DNA of 30,388 bases from Pseudobdellovibrionaceae bacterium (GCA_041288045.1 JBGGMM010000012.1:1-30388), one strand, 5' to 3'; positions 17,987-27,401 are shown, counted from the first letter of the stretch. Numbers and translations are program-made. The notes: generated by a model from the letters alone, not told the origin.

Positions 17987-19663
17987 ATGTCTCAAGATAT
18001 TATCTATACAATGAAGGGTGTCTCCAAAGTTTATCCTCCGAACCGATTTGTTCTGAAGGACATTTACTTGTCCTACTTTTACGGAGCCAAAATCGGAGTT
18101 CTGGGGCTCAATGGAGCTGGCAAATCAACTCTGCTAAAAATCATGGCGGGAGTCGATAAAGATTTTATCGGCGAAGCTTTTCCAGCTCGCGCTTTGAAGG
18201 TCGGGTTTCTGGAGCAGGAACCTCAGCTGGACACCAAACTGACGGTCAAAGAAAATATTTTCTCCGGAATGGGCGAGCTTCCAAAGCTCATGCAAGAATT
18301 CAACAAGATCAATGACAAGTTCAATGATCCTGATCTGGATCCGGCCGAAATGGAAAAGCTGATTGAAAAACAAGCTCAGCTTCAGGAAAAAATCGAAGCC
18401 CTGAACGGTTGGGATATTGACCAGGTCATCGATAAAGCCATGGATGCTCTTCGCTGTCCGGATGGAGATTTGCCTGTCACCAATCTTTCGGGTGGGGAAA
18501 AGCGCCGCGTGGCACTTTGCCGCTTGCTTCTCTCGAACCCAGATATCCTGCTTTTGGATGAGCCGACGAATCACTTGGATGCCGAAAGCGTCCTGTGGCT
18601 GGAGCAATTTCTGGCTCGCTTTCCAGGCACTGTCATTGCCGTCACTCACGATCGTTATTTTCTCGACAATGTTGCCGGTTGGATTTTGGAACTGGATCGG
18701 GGAGAAGGCATCCCGTGGAAAGGCAATTACTCGTCTTGGCTCGAACAAAAAGACAAGCGCCTGCACCACGAGCAGCGCACCGAGGAGCGCAGGGCGAAAA
18801 CCCTGGAGCGGGAGCTTGAGTGGATCCGCATGGCGCCTCGTGCCCGTCAGGCCAAGAGCAAGGCCCGCATTTCCAATTACGAAAACCTGATCAAAGAGCC
18901 CACAGCTGAAAAAATGCAAGAGCTTTCCATTTACATCCCGCCAGGCCCCCGCTTGGGTGATGTGGTGGTCGAAGCCAAAAATGTCCGTAAGGCTTATGGC
19001 GAAAAGCTGCTTTTTGAAAATATGAATTTTTCAATTCCTAAGGGCGCCATCGTCGGTGTCATTGGACCGAACGGAGCTGGTAAAACCACTTTGGTTCGAA
19101 TGATCACCGGCAAGGAAAAGCCAGATTCTGGCGAATTCAACGTGGGATCCACAGTGAAAATGGCCTATGTGGACCAATCCCGAGAGACTTTGGATCCGAA
19201 CAAGTCGGTCTTTGATGAGCTCTCTGAAGGTCAGGACCTTATCCGTCTTGGCAATCGCGAAGTCCCAGCCCGCCAGTATGTCTCCTGGTACAATTTCAGC
19301 GGTGAAGGCCAACAGAAAAAAGTAGGAGCCCTCTCCGGCGGCGAACGCAATCGCGTGAACATGGCCAAAATCCTCAAGCAGGGCGGAAACCTTTTGCTTT
19401 TGGATGAACCCACCAACGACTTGGATGTGAACACCATGCGAGCGCTCGAAGAGGCCTTGCTGGAGTTCGGCGGCTCTGCCATCGTCATCTCCCATGATCG
19501 CTGGTTCTTGGATCGTATCTGCACTCACATCCTAGCTTTCGAAGGCGACTCTCAAGTCTATTTCTACAACGGCAACTTTAGCGAATACGAAGAAGACAAG
19601 AAAAAGCGCCTCGGCGAAGAAGCCGCCCAACCCACCCGAATCCGCTACCGCCCTCTGCATTAA
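17987..19663 (+). CDS. ettA: Energy-dependent translational throttle protein (ABC-F)
   Basis: Two ABC domains (GLNGAGKST, GPNGAGKTT; LSGGE twice; LLDEPTN twice) and the linker ELEWIRMAPRARQAKSKARI. ATG at 17987 (MSQDIIYTM). Confidence 0.96.
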   Translation: MSQDIIYTMKGVSKVYPPNRFVLKDIYLSYFYGAKIGVLGLNGAGKSTLLKIMAGVDKDFIGEAFPARALKVGFLEQEPQLDTKLTVKENIFSGMGELPKLMQEFNKINDKFNDPDLDPAEMEKLIEKQAQLQEKIEALNGWDIDQVIDKAMDALRCPDGDLPVTNLSGGEKRRVALCRLLLSNPDILLLDEPTNHLDAESVLWLEQFLARFPGTVIAVTHDRYFLDNVAGWILELDRGEGIPWKGNYSSWLEQKDKRLHHEQRTEERRAKTLERELEWIRMAPRARQAKSKARISNYENLIKEPTAEKMQELSIYIPPGPRLGDVVVEAKNVRKAYGEKLLFENMNFSIPKGAIVGVIGPNGAGKTTLVRMITGKEKPDSGEFNVGSTVKMAYVDQSRETLDPNKSVFDELSEGQDLIRLGNREVPARQYVSWYNFSGEGQQKKVGALSGGERNRVNMAKILKQGGNLLLLDEPTNDLDVNTMRALEEALLEFGGSAIVISHDRWFLDRICTHILAFEGDSQVYFYNGNFSEYEEDKKKRLGEEAAQPTRIRYRPLH

Positions 19664-20151
19664 TTTTGCGATCCTTTCCGGCGGGCCCAGCCTTGGGCTC
19701 GTCGAAATTTCGGATCCTCCATCAGCTGATTTGCAATTCGAGCCAAAACCATGGGTTTGATCTGCGAACTTCGCATTCGTTTCTGGTAACTCTGCAGGGC
19801 ATAAGGAAGAATTTGTCTCCACATCTGGAGAGATAATGGCATTTGCGATTTAGGACGAATTCCATAAACCAATTCACACCCCAAAGCTTCAGCCATTTTT
19901 TCAAGAGTCTGCAGCGAAATCTTCTTGGCTGTCTCGCTTTTTTCAAGAGCTGCATAGGTTGCTTTGTGAACCTCGGCTTTTTTTGCAGCCTGGGAAATAG
20001 AAATTTCCTTGGATTCCCGAATTGTCCTGAGCCAATCCGAAATTAAATTTTGGGATGGTATAGTGAGAAAAGGCTCGACTCTTTCATCTAAATTCGCTCG
20101 GGCTTGAAGTTGTCTCCAAATCCAATAAGCCTTCTTAACTTCTCTTTCCAT
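19660..20151 (-). CDS. XRE-HTH protein resembling 'mobile mystery protein A'
   Basis: WLRTIRESKEISISQAAKKAEVHKATYAALEKSETAKKISLQTLEKMAEALGCELVYGIRPK follows the W-I-R..IR...E-(K)-SE....TL.TL..AAEAL.C..VY...P pattern of that family. ATG at 20151, with an alternative start at 20172. Confidence 0.72.
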   Translation of the reverse strand: MEREVKKAYWIWRQLQARANLDERVEPFLTIPSQNLISDWLRTIRESKEISISQAAKKAEVHKATYAALEKSETAKKISLQTLEKMAEALGCELVYGIRPKSQMPLSLQMWRQILPYALQSYQKRMRSSQIKPMVLARIANQLMEDPKFRRAQGWARRKGSQN

Positions 20152-20254
20152 CGGCGCTCCTGTGGTACTCACTTTATCGTCTGTCTATGGGCAGACGATA
20201 CTTAGAGTGTGCAATCAGGCTTCAAGAATCTGACCAAGTTCCAATGCATTCAGT

Positions 20255-20710
20255 TTAGTCGCGAGATTTGGAGGGTCCGAAAAGGGATTGGAGTTCGGAT
20301 CGGGCGCGCAGGAGCGAGCGGAAAGCTGGAGCTGTGCCGCCTTGATCGGGGTGCAAGCGCAGGGCGAGAGTGCGGAAGGCTTTCTTGAGTTCTTTCGAGG
20401 AGAAGTTGGCGGCCAGAAGAGTGGCGCCGTGAGAGTTAAAAAACTGAAAAGCAGAGGCCTGCTGTGGATTGAAGATGTGGTCGGGACGAGGTTTCAAGGG
20501 TGGGCGATTGCGATGATAGGCCACCCTTGTTTGATCTTTTTGAAAGTGGATTGGGTCTATGTGACCAACAAGATGCGTCCAAAGTTCCGGTTGAGAGAAG
20601 GAGTCTTGAGAGTGAAATTGAGAGGAGGATGGCTTTTGAGAGGCTTCCTTCTCCATCTGAAGGCGGATTTTTCTCTCGAGAATTTGGGCAAATGCGGTGA
20701 ATGAACCCAT
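20255..20710 (-). CDS. Protein with C-terminal minimal J-domain (DnaJ class C-like)
   Basis: SSKELKKAFRTLALRLHPDQGGTAPAFRSL contains the HPD motif. The ATG at 20710 is preferred because the ORF-track extension runs through the repeat/promoter region. Confidence 0.75.
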   Translation of the reverse strand: MGSFTAFAQILERKIRLQMEKEASQKPSSSQFHSQDSFSQPELWTHLVGHIDPIHFQKDQTRVAYHRNRPPLKPRPDHIFNPQQASAFQFFNSHGATLLAANFSSKELKKAFRTLALRLHPDQGGTAPAFRSLLRARSELQSLFGPSKSRD

Positions 20711-20756
20711 ACCAACTGATCGGCTCAATTTGGGAAATCCAGAGGGAGTCTGGTCC

Positions 20757-20857
20757 TTTTTCCCTCGGAAATTGGACTTTTGGGCTAGTTTTCCCTCTGA
20801 AAAATAGGAAATTCCCTCTGAAAATGGCCATTTTGACCGCTTTTCCCCTCGAGAAAA
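20757..20857. repeat. Four short direct repeats, consensus TTCCCTC(T/G)GAAA, in a divergent intergenic region
   Basis: TTCCCTCGGAAA at 20760, TTCCCTCTGAAA at 20791 and 20812, and degenerate TTCCCCTCGAGAAA at 20843. Confidence 0.7.
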
Positions 20858-20974
20858 TGAAAATGAATGCATTTTTTTTTGGACAAAGGCTGAGAAGTGA
20901 TTACACTAGCATCATTGGAAGAACCAATAACCCGTTTAAGGTTGAATCTTAAACGAACCACTTGTGGAGGAAAA

Positions 20975-21331
20975 ATGGCAAAAAAGACAACAAAGAAAGC
21001 GACTAAAAAAGCCGCTACGAAGAAAGCTGTTACAAAAAAAGCAGCGACTAAAAAAACGGCTACTAAGAAGACAGCTTCTAAAAGAAAGCCAAATCCAGCT
21101 TTCATGAAGCCACTGACTCCGAGCGCGACTTTGGCTGCTGTTGTCGGTTCTGGCAATATGCCACGAACTCAAGTTGTTAAAAAACTTTGGGATTACATCA
21201 AGAAGCACAAGCTTCAAGATGACAAAAATCGCCGTAACATCAATGCTGATGACAAATTGAAAGCATTGTTCGGCAAATCAACTGTTTCTATGTTTGAAAT
21301 GACTAAAATCGTTTCAAAGCACCTGAAATAG
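20975..21331 (+). CDS. SWIB/MDM2-domain protein with histone-H1-like Lys/Ala/Thr N-terminal tail
   Basis: (A/T)(A/V)TKK pentapeptide repeats, then RKPNPAFMKPLTPSATLAAVVG..MPRTQVVKKLWDYIKKHKLQD..NRRNINADDKL..MFEMTKIVSKHL. GGAGG RBS. Confidence 0.93.
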   Translation: MAKKTTKKATKKAATKKAVTKKAATKKTATKKTASKRKPNPAFMKPLTPSATLAAVVGSGNMPRTQVVKKLWDYIKKHKLQDDKNRRNINADDKLKALFGKSTVSMFEMTKIVSKHLK

Positions 21332-21408
21332 ATTTGATTATAAGCAGAGGGGGGATCTTTTGAGGTCTTCCACCTGTGTTTCGATTGCAAAATATCGAAA
21401 AATCAGAG

Positions 21409-21440
21409 AAAACCCACTCTCATAAAGAGTGGGTTTTTTT
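21409..21440 (+). terminator. Intrinsic terminator after the SWIB gene
   Basis: AAAACCCACTCT-CATAA-AGAGTGGGTTTT perfect stem followed by a T run. Confidence 0.85.
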
Positions 21441-21457
21441 ATTTAAAAAGGGTGCTT

Positions 21458-22219
21458 ATGGCCATTGTTCCTTTGACCAAGGAAGAAATCAAAAAAATGG
21501 AATGGGTCTGCCGATTGGCGGCTCGCACTCTCACGCACGTGGGAAAATTTGTTCGAGCCGGAGTCACCACCAATGAGTTGGATTTAATTGTTTCTGACTA
21601 CACTCTTGCCAACAATGCCAATCGCGCTTGTTTGGGCTACCACGGCTATCCGAAGACAATTTGCACTTCCATCAATAGCGTTGTCTGTCATGGCCTCCCG
21701 GATGAAACCAAGCTCAAAGATGGGGATATCATCAATGTGGATGTCACCAGCGAGAAGGACGGCTTTTTCGGTGATTGCTCAGCCACTTTTATTGTCGGTC
21801 AGGTCTCAGATAAAATTCGCGATCTGGTCGAAGTGGCCAAAGAAGCCCGCGACAAGGGTATTGAAGTCGTGCGACCTCGCGGAACGACTGGCGACATCGG
21901 CTTTGTCGTGGATAAGTTTGTCACTCGCCGGGGTTACACCACAGTGAAAGAGATTGGTGGCCATGGGATAGGGCGAAAATTTCATGACGAGCCTTTTGTG
22001 CCCTCCTATGGAAAAAAAGGCCGGGGTGAGGTCCTCGTTCCTTGGCAGTGCATCACTGTGGAGCCCATGGTCAACCAGGGCAGTGCCGAATTCAAAGAAG
22101 TCGACATTCCGGGCTCGACTATTAAATACTATGAAACAATTGATGGAAAATTATCAGCTCAATTTGAACACACAGTGCTTGTGACCGATACTGGTTACGA
22201 AATTCTGACATTGGATTGA
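21458..22219 (+). CDS. map: Type I methionine aminopeptidase
   Basis: GYHGYPKTICTSINSVVCHGLP, DIINVDVT, FGDCSAT, GGHGIG..FHDEP, TVEPM, SAQFEHTV. Confidence 0.97.
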   Translation: MAIVPLTKEEIKKMEWVCRLAARTLTHVGKFVRAGVTTNELDLIVSDYTLANNANRACLGYHGYPKTICTSINSVVCHGLPDETKLKDGDIINVDVTSEKDGFFGDCSATFIVGQVSDKIRDLVEVAKEARDKGIEVVRPRGTTGDIGFVVDKFVTRRGYTTVKEIGGHGIGRKFHDEPFVPSYGKKGRGEVLVPWQCITVEPMVNQGSAEFKEVDIPGSTIKYYETIDGKLSAQFEHTVLVTDTGYEILTLD

Positions 22220-22240
22220 GATCAAAGAAAGAGGAAGAGC

Positions 22241-23662
22241 ATGTCACTTCAAACGACAAACGGGAAGACAAAAATGACAAAAGCAGGTGCCGGAAGCGGA
22301 AAGACTTTGGCGAAAAAGCCAACAATGAAATCAACGACAACTGTGGACTATCGAGTCTGCAAAGAGGCAATGGAAAATCCCAAGGTCTTTGCTGAACTGG
22401 CTCGTTGGGGCCGCGAAGAAATTAAAATTGCTGAAAAAGAAATGCCAGGACTGATGTCCCTTCGCAAAGAATTCGGCAAGCAAAAGCCTTTGAAAGGCGC
22501 ACGCATCTCGGGCTGCCTTCATATGACAATTCAAACAGCTGTGCTGATTGAAACCCTGATTGAGCTGGGTGCTCAGATCCGCTGGTCTTCTTGCAATATT
22601 TTTTCAACTCAAGACCATGCCGCAGTGGCGATTGCAGCTGCTGGAATTCCAGTTTTCGCTTGGAAAGGTGAAAATGAAGAAGAATTCAATTGGTGCATTG
22701 AGCAGACAATCACTGGCTGGGGCTCTGAAGGCTTCAACATGATTTTGGATGACGGTGGGGATCTCACCAACATGATGCACGAGCCGAGATTCGCGAAAGA
22801 AATGAAAAAGATCATCGGTCTGTCCGAAGAGACAACAACTGGTGTTCACAATTTGATGAAACTGAAAGAGCAGGGCAAATTGAAAGTTCCTGCGATCAAC
22901 ATCAATGACTCTGTGACCAAGTCAAAATTCGACAACCTCTATGGCTGCCGCGAATCTTTGGCTGACGGAATCAAGCGTGCAACTGATGTGATGCTGGCGG
23001 GTAAAGTCTGCGTGGTTGCTGGTTTCGGCGATGTGGGTAAAGGCTCTGCCGACAGCCTTCGCGCTTACGGCGCTCGCGTTCTGATCACTGAAATTGATCC
23101 CATCTGCGCTCTGCAGGCAGCGATGGAAGGCTACGAAGTGACCACCATGGATGAAGCGGCCCCACAGGCAGATATCTTTGTCACTGCCACTGGCTGCTGT
23201 GATATCATCACTGAAAAGCACTTCACCAAAATGAAAGACAACGCCATTGTCTGCAATATCGGACACTTTGATATTGAAATCGATATGGCTTGGCTGAATA
23301 AGAATTCAAAAATGCGCGAAGTGAAACCTCAGGTCGACATTCACGTTCTGAAAAATGGCAAGCAGGTCATTGTTCTGGCCAAAGGCCGATTGGTGAATCT
23401 GGGCTGCGGCACCGGACATCCGAGCTTCGTGATGTCGAATTCATTTTCAAATCAGGTCATTGCGCAAATGGAACTTTTCACCAACCGCGATAAGTACCAA
23501 GAAATCGAAGTCTATCGCTTGCCAAAACACTTGGATGAAAAAGTGGCGGCTCTTCACCTGGAACAAATCGGCGTGAAACTCACCAGACTTTCAAGCAAGC
23601 AGAGCAAATACCTGGGCATGGATGTGAACGGTCCATTCAAGCCTGAACACTATCGCTACTAA
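22241..23662 (+). CDS. ahcY: Adenosylhomocysteinase
   Basis: [81 protein letters not shown]. Confidence 0.98.
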   Translation: MSLQTTNGKTKMTKAGAGSGKTLAKKPTMKSTTTVDYRVCKEAMENPKVFAELARWGREEIKIAEKEMPGLMSLRKEFGKQKPLKGARISGCLHMTIQTAVLIETLIELGAQIRWSSCNIFSTQDHAAVAIAAAGIPVFAWKGENEEEFNWCIEQTITGWGSEGFNMILDDGGDLTNMMHEPRFAKEMKKIIGLSEETTTGVHNLMKLKEQGKLKVPAININDSVTKSKFDNLYGCRESLADGIKRATDVMLAGKVCVVAGFGDVGKGSADSLRAYGARVLITEIDPICALQAAMEGYEVTTMDEAAPQADIFVTATGCCDIITEKHFTKMKDNAIVCNIGHFDIEIDMAWLNKNSKMREVKPQVDIHVLKNGKQVIVLAKGRLVNLGCGTGHPSFVMSNSFSNQVIAQMELFTNRDKYQEIEVYRLPKHLDEKVAALHLEQIGVKLTRLSSKQSKYLGMDVNGPFKPEHYRY

Positions 23663-23685
23663 GAATGAAAATTCGTTTTTTTCTC

Positions 23686-23718
23686 AAAGCCTGGGCGATC
23701 TGCCTGGGCTTTTCTTTT
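23686..23718. terminator. Probable intrinsic terminator between convergent ahcY and orn
   Basis: AAAGCCTGGGC-GATCT-GCCTGGGCTTT stem with two G-U pairs, followed by TCTTTT. Confidence 0.7.
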
Positions 23719-23728
23719 CCAGCCAAAG

Positions 23729-24280
23729 CTAAACTTCTCGAATATCGAAATGGCGAAGGTAGAATTTTAATTCTTCAATGCTTTCTTTGATGTCATCCAA
23801 AGCGCGGTGAGAATTGGTCTTGGCATATTTCACATTGTACTTGTGATTGAAAACAATTTTCCAACTGCTCACATCCAGCATGCGATAGTGAAGCTGGTCG
23901 GCGAAACGGTGCATGTACTTGTTCAAGAAAAGACGGTCTTGACCGATGGAATTGCCGGCGAGAATGGGCTTGTCTTCTTTTTTCTCAACTGTGGGCCAAT
24001 GGGTTTTGAGAAGCTTGGTGAGGTCCTCTTCCACTTGATCTGGAGTTTTGCCAAAGGGGATTTTGGCTACCAGACCGGATTTGGTGTGGTGCTCCTTGTT
24101 CCAATCGTCCATGCGGTCCAAATAAATATTCGGTTGGTTGACCACAGCTTCGTAAGTGTCCAGGACATTGAATTCCCAGTCGGTGATCAGAGCTGCGCAT
24201 TCGATGATGACTTCTTTGTCTACATCCAAGCCTGTCATTTCCAGGTCGATCCAAAAGAGTTTGTCCTGCGAGATCTTCAT
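23729..24280 (-). CDS. orn: Oligoribonuclease
   Basis: WIDLEMTGLD, WNKEHHTKSGL, LAGNSIGQDRLFL, LHYRMLDVSS, HRALDDIKESIEELKFY (DEDDh family). Confidence 0.96.
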   Translation of the reverse strand: MKISQDKLFWIDLEMTGLDVDKEVIIECAALITDWEFNVLDTYEAVVNQPNIYLDRMDDWNKEHHTKSGLVAKIPFGKTPDQVEEDLTKLLKTHWPTVEKKEDKPILAGNSIGQDRLFLNKYMHRFADQLHYRMLDVSSWKIVFNHKYNVKYAKTNSHRALDDIKESIEELKFYLRHFDIREV

Positions 24281-24372
24281 AGGTGAAACAGTGTGGCTCG
24301 AAATTCATGAAACATCCAGGCAAGGGGCGTTAAATGCTTGCATAATTCCTCTCCCTCAAGTTCTATGGGAGG

Positions 24373-25152
24373 ATGGATTTTCTTTCGCAATTTCAGCTGA
24401 AGGGGCGACGGGCCCTCGTCTGTGGCGCGTCTCAAGGGATCGGGGAAGCAACGGCTCGAATTCTGGCTCAATTGGGCGCCGAAGTCGTTTTGCTCTCAAG
24501 GCGCGCTGAAAGTCTTCAGAAGTTAAAGTCCGAACTGCCAGGTCAGGGTCATCAGATTTTGGCTGTGGATTTAAGCTCGACAGCCGAACTGGAAAAAGCT
24601 CTGCAGCCTCTTTTACCTTTGCACATTGTGGTGAACAATGCCGGTGGTCCCAAAGCCGGGCCACTTCTTAAGGCGACGGATGTTGAAATTCTTGAAGCCA
24701 TGAAAACTCATTTGCTGGCTTCGCAAAAAATTGCACAACTGACGGTGCCTGGAATGCAGAAGGCAGGTTATGGCCGCTTCATCAATATCATTTCGACTTC
24801 GGTGAAAGCTCCCATTCCAAATTTAGGTGTTTCCAATACGGTTCGAGGGGCCATGGCCAATTGGGCGAAGAGCTTGGCCCATGAGCTGGGACCATTGGGA
24901 ATTACTGTGAATAATGTGCTTCCGGGTTATACAAAAACGCCGCGCTTTGAAACGCTTCGAAAAGCAGCCTCAGAGAAAAGCAAAGTTCCCGAGTCTCAAA
25001 TCGAAGATCAATGGAAATCCAGCATTCCGCTCTCTCGGTTTGCTGAGCCCTTCGAAGTGGCCAGTGCGGTTGCTTTTCTGGCAAGCCCAGCGGCTGGTTA
25101 TATTTCTGGAATTAATTTGCCGGTCGATGGGGGCAGGACGCCGAATTTATGA
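24373..25152 (+). CDS. SDR family oxidoreductase (FabG-like, atypical catalytic motif)
   Basis: CGASQGIG, VNNAGGP, GRFINIISTSVK, LGVSNTVR in place of YxxxK, VNNVLPG, VDGG. Confidence 0.9.
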   Translation: MDFLSQFQLKGRRALVCGASQGIGEATARILAQLGAEVVLLSRRAESLQKLKSELPGQGHQILAVDLSSTAELEKALQPLLPLHIVVNNAGGPKAGPLLKATDVEILEAMKTHLLASQKIAQLTVPGMQKAGYGRFINIISTSVKAPIPNLGVSNTVRGAMANWAKSLAHELGPLGITVNNVLPGYTKTPRFETLRKAASEKSKVPESQIEDQWKSSIPLSRFAEPFEVASAVAFLASPAAGYISGINLPVDGGRTPNL

Positions 25153-26348
25153 AATTCGATCTTTTTCTTTCCATCTGCCAAACTGAAGTGAATGGTTACA
25201 CTCCAAGTGAGAAGCAAATGTTTCTCAATTTCTTTGATCAAGTGAAGTTGGCAGATCAGTTGGGTTTTGGAACGGCTTGGGTGGCTGAAACGCATTTGTC
25301 CTGTCAAGTGCAAAAAGAAAATCCCTCAGCTGTCATTCCTGAGTTCAAAGGCGAAATTGGCCTGAACACCGACATTCTGCAAATGGCTCACAAAGTTTTT
25401 GCAGTGACAAAAAATATTCATGTGGGATCCGCCATTCGCAATATCATCTGCAATGGCGGTCCTTTGGCTCATGCTGAAGCTGTTAAAACTTTTCTGACTT
25501 TGCATGGGCTCAACCCCGGAGAAAAAAGAAAATTGCATCTGGGATTTGCCGCCGGGAGATTTCCCTTTTCAAATACGCCTTATGGTTTTTATCCAAAGAC
25601 TGAGCTTGAGAAAAAAGCTTGGGATGTGGTGAAGAATAAGTACTTTCAAGAAGCCACCGAAATTTTCTTAAGAACTTTGCAAGGCGAAAAGTTGTCTTCG
25701 AAAGAAATTTCAGATCGCTTTTTGCAAGAGTCCGATTTCCGCGACGCCAAGACTTGGAAAGAATGCTGGGATCTGGCTGAAAGGGAAAATCGCATTCAAG
25801 GTCAGCAAATCCGCTTGGATCATCACTGGAATTTTGAAAAAGTAGGGATTTTGCCATTTGAAGCTCCGCTTGAGTTTTTGGATTTGACAATTGGCAGCCA
25901 CGATCCAGAGACACAGAAGCTTGCCAATCAGATTTGTCCTGTCGGAGTTTTCAACCTTTCCATCACTCCTCCGCAAGTCATTGAAGAGACTCATCAAAGA
26001 ATGCAGTCTGTGTACAATCGCAAAGGGGGAGCTTGGCGACGGGATCTGATGCCAAGAACTTTGCTTTTGTTTATTGATGAGATTTCGTCAAAAGCCCGTG
26101 AAGCTTCGCAAAAAGCGTGGGAGAATTATTGGCGAGCGATGGAAGGGACCTTGGACCCGAAAAAAGTTCAATCTGCTGTTGAAAACACAATCGCTGGAAG
26201 TCCGGGAGAAGTCCTTGAAAAAATCCAGCAGAAGTACAATCCGGCAGATCGTTTGATGTTGTGGTTTGACTTTAATAATCACGACAGTGAACAAGTGAAA
26301 AAAGCCATGACGACTTTTATGGAAAAAGTAGCACCAAAGTTGATGTAG
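25149..26348 (+). CDS. Luciferase-like (LLM class) flavin-dependent oxidoreductase
   Basis: MKFDLF, DQVKLADQLGFGTAWVAETH, TKNIHVGSAI, LHLGFAAG, IAGSPGEVLEKI. ATGA overlap with the upstream SDR. Confidence 0.88.
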   Translation: MKFDLFLSICQTEVNGYTPSEKQMFLNFFDQVKLADQLGFGTAWVAETHLSCQVQKENPSAVIPEFKGEIGLNTDILQMAHKVFAVTKNIHVGSAIRNIICNGGPLAHAEAVKTFLTLHGLNPGEKRKLHLGFAAGRFPFSNTPYGFYPKTELEKKAWDVVKNKYFQEATEIFLRTLQGEKLSSKEISDRFLQESDFRDAKTWKECWDLAERENRIQGQQIRLDHHWNFEKVGILPFEAPLEFLDLTIGSHDPETQKLANQICPVGVFNLSITPPQVIEETHQRMQSVYNRKGGAWRRDLMPRTLLLFIDEISSKAREASQKAWENYWRAMEGTLDPKKVQSAVENTIAGSPGEVLEKIQQKYNPADRLMLWFDFNNHDSEQVKKAMTTFMEKVAPKLM

Positions 26349-26361
26349 TGGAGGGGGCTTT

Positions 26362-26655
26362 ATGATTGCATTTCGTTACCTGGCTCAATTTTTAAAAACA
26401 AAGAGACTGGAAGAGGGGTTGACCCAAGCCGAAGTGGCAGATGCCATTGGCGGGATTCACAGCCAGTTTGTTTCCAACTGGGAGAGGGGAGTGAGTTCTC
26501 CGCCCGGGTACTGCATTCAGAAATTGATTGAAGTGCTGCATTTAAATCGTGAAGAGCTGGTGAGAGCCATGCTTCAGGATTCAAAAGCGGTCATTGAAGC
26601 CAAGGTCTATCCGAAAAAAGCGAAAGCTCGGCAGAAAACAAGTAAGAGAGGATAA
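26362..26655 (+). CDS. XRE-family HTH regulator (copy 1)
   Basis: LKTKRLEEGLTQAEVADAIGGIHSQFVSNWERGVSSP. GGAGGGGG RBS. Confidence 0.92.
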   Translation: MIAFRYLAQFLKTKRLEEGLTQAEVADAIGGIHSQFVSNWERGVSSPPGYCIQKLIEVLHLNREELVRAMLQDSKAVIEAKVYPKKAKARQKTSKRG

Positions 26656-26657
26656 AA

Positions 26658-27401
26658 GTGTCTGATGTTTTGAGAGCTTCAGGATTGATTCTTGAAACCC
26701 CTTTAGAAGCTTCGATTGTTCAATCACTTGAGAGAGTGGCATCGTTGATTCGCGGGCGTGGATACCCTTGTCAGGCTTCGTCCAAGCCAGCTTTGGTTCG
26801 ATTGCCAATGCTTTCATCAGAGCAAAAACATCAGGTCCTTCATCAGCTTCAAGTCTTGGAGCAAATTATTTTTGCCAAAGAGCCGGAGGCTCCGCCGGTC
26901 GAAAAGGGCGAGCATTCAGAGAAAAACATCGTCGAGCAGGCTCTGGATTTTTACAATCTCGAGATTCGCGATGATTTTTGGAGTCGGGTTAAATCCAATG
27001 AAGTGATCGAGATTTACAACCAAAATCAGATCCAGATTTTTCGAACTCTCAATTTCTTCAATTACTGTGGCTATTCACTTTTGGATCTTCTCACCAATGA
27101 ATGGTACACTCTTTGGCAGCGGCCCTCGACCATTCTTGAAGCTTTAAAGACAAAAGCCGAAGAGGTCTTTTCTGGTGTCACTTCAGGGGCTCAAGCTTTG
27201 AATCTTTCCAATCATCTTGTTCTTGAAATTTTCAATTCTGAGAAAGATGAATTCTTTTTGCCACGCTCGATGTTGATTGAGTTTGGAATTCTTTGTCCGC
27301 TTTATCGGAGAGATTTGCCGATCGTTCAAGGCGCTTTGATCACTTCGTCTGTTTCGAATCTGACGATTGGCAAAGAAACAAATCGAATGGCCGTTTTATA
27401 A
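26658..27401 (+). CDS. Stand-alone PAS-like domain protein (copy 1)
   Basis: VIEIYNQNQIQIFRTLNFFNYCGYSLLDLLTNEWYTLWQR fits the PAS A-beta/B-beta..F..GYS..EL pattern. GTG start 2 nt after the XRE stop. No recognisable output domain. Confidence 0.62.
   Translation: MSDVLRASGLILETPLEASIVQSLERVASLIRGRGYPCQASSKPALVRLPMLSSEQKHQVLHQLQVLEQIIFAKEPEAPPVEKGEHSEKNIVEQALDFYNLEIRDDFWSRVKSNEVIEIYNQNQIQIFRTLNFFNYCGYSLLDLLTNEWYTLWQRPSTILEALKTKAEEVFSGVTSGAQALNLSNHLVLEIFNSEKDEFFLPRSMLIEFGILCPLYRRDLPIVQGALITSSVSNLTIGKETNRMAVL

Noticed and set aside
18134..19528. Long minus-strand ORFs (261 aa and 165 aa)
   Set aside because: Antisense shadows of the highly conserved ettA, explained by codon bias.
20757..20857. 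Repeats as a possible mini-CRISPR array
   Set aside because: Units are only about 12 bp, with 9-19 bp between them, and no cas genes are present. Kept as a regulatory repeat instead.
22220..22240. SAH riboswitch upstream of ahcY
   Set aside because: The map-ahcY gap is only 21 nt, holding just an RBS.
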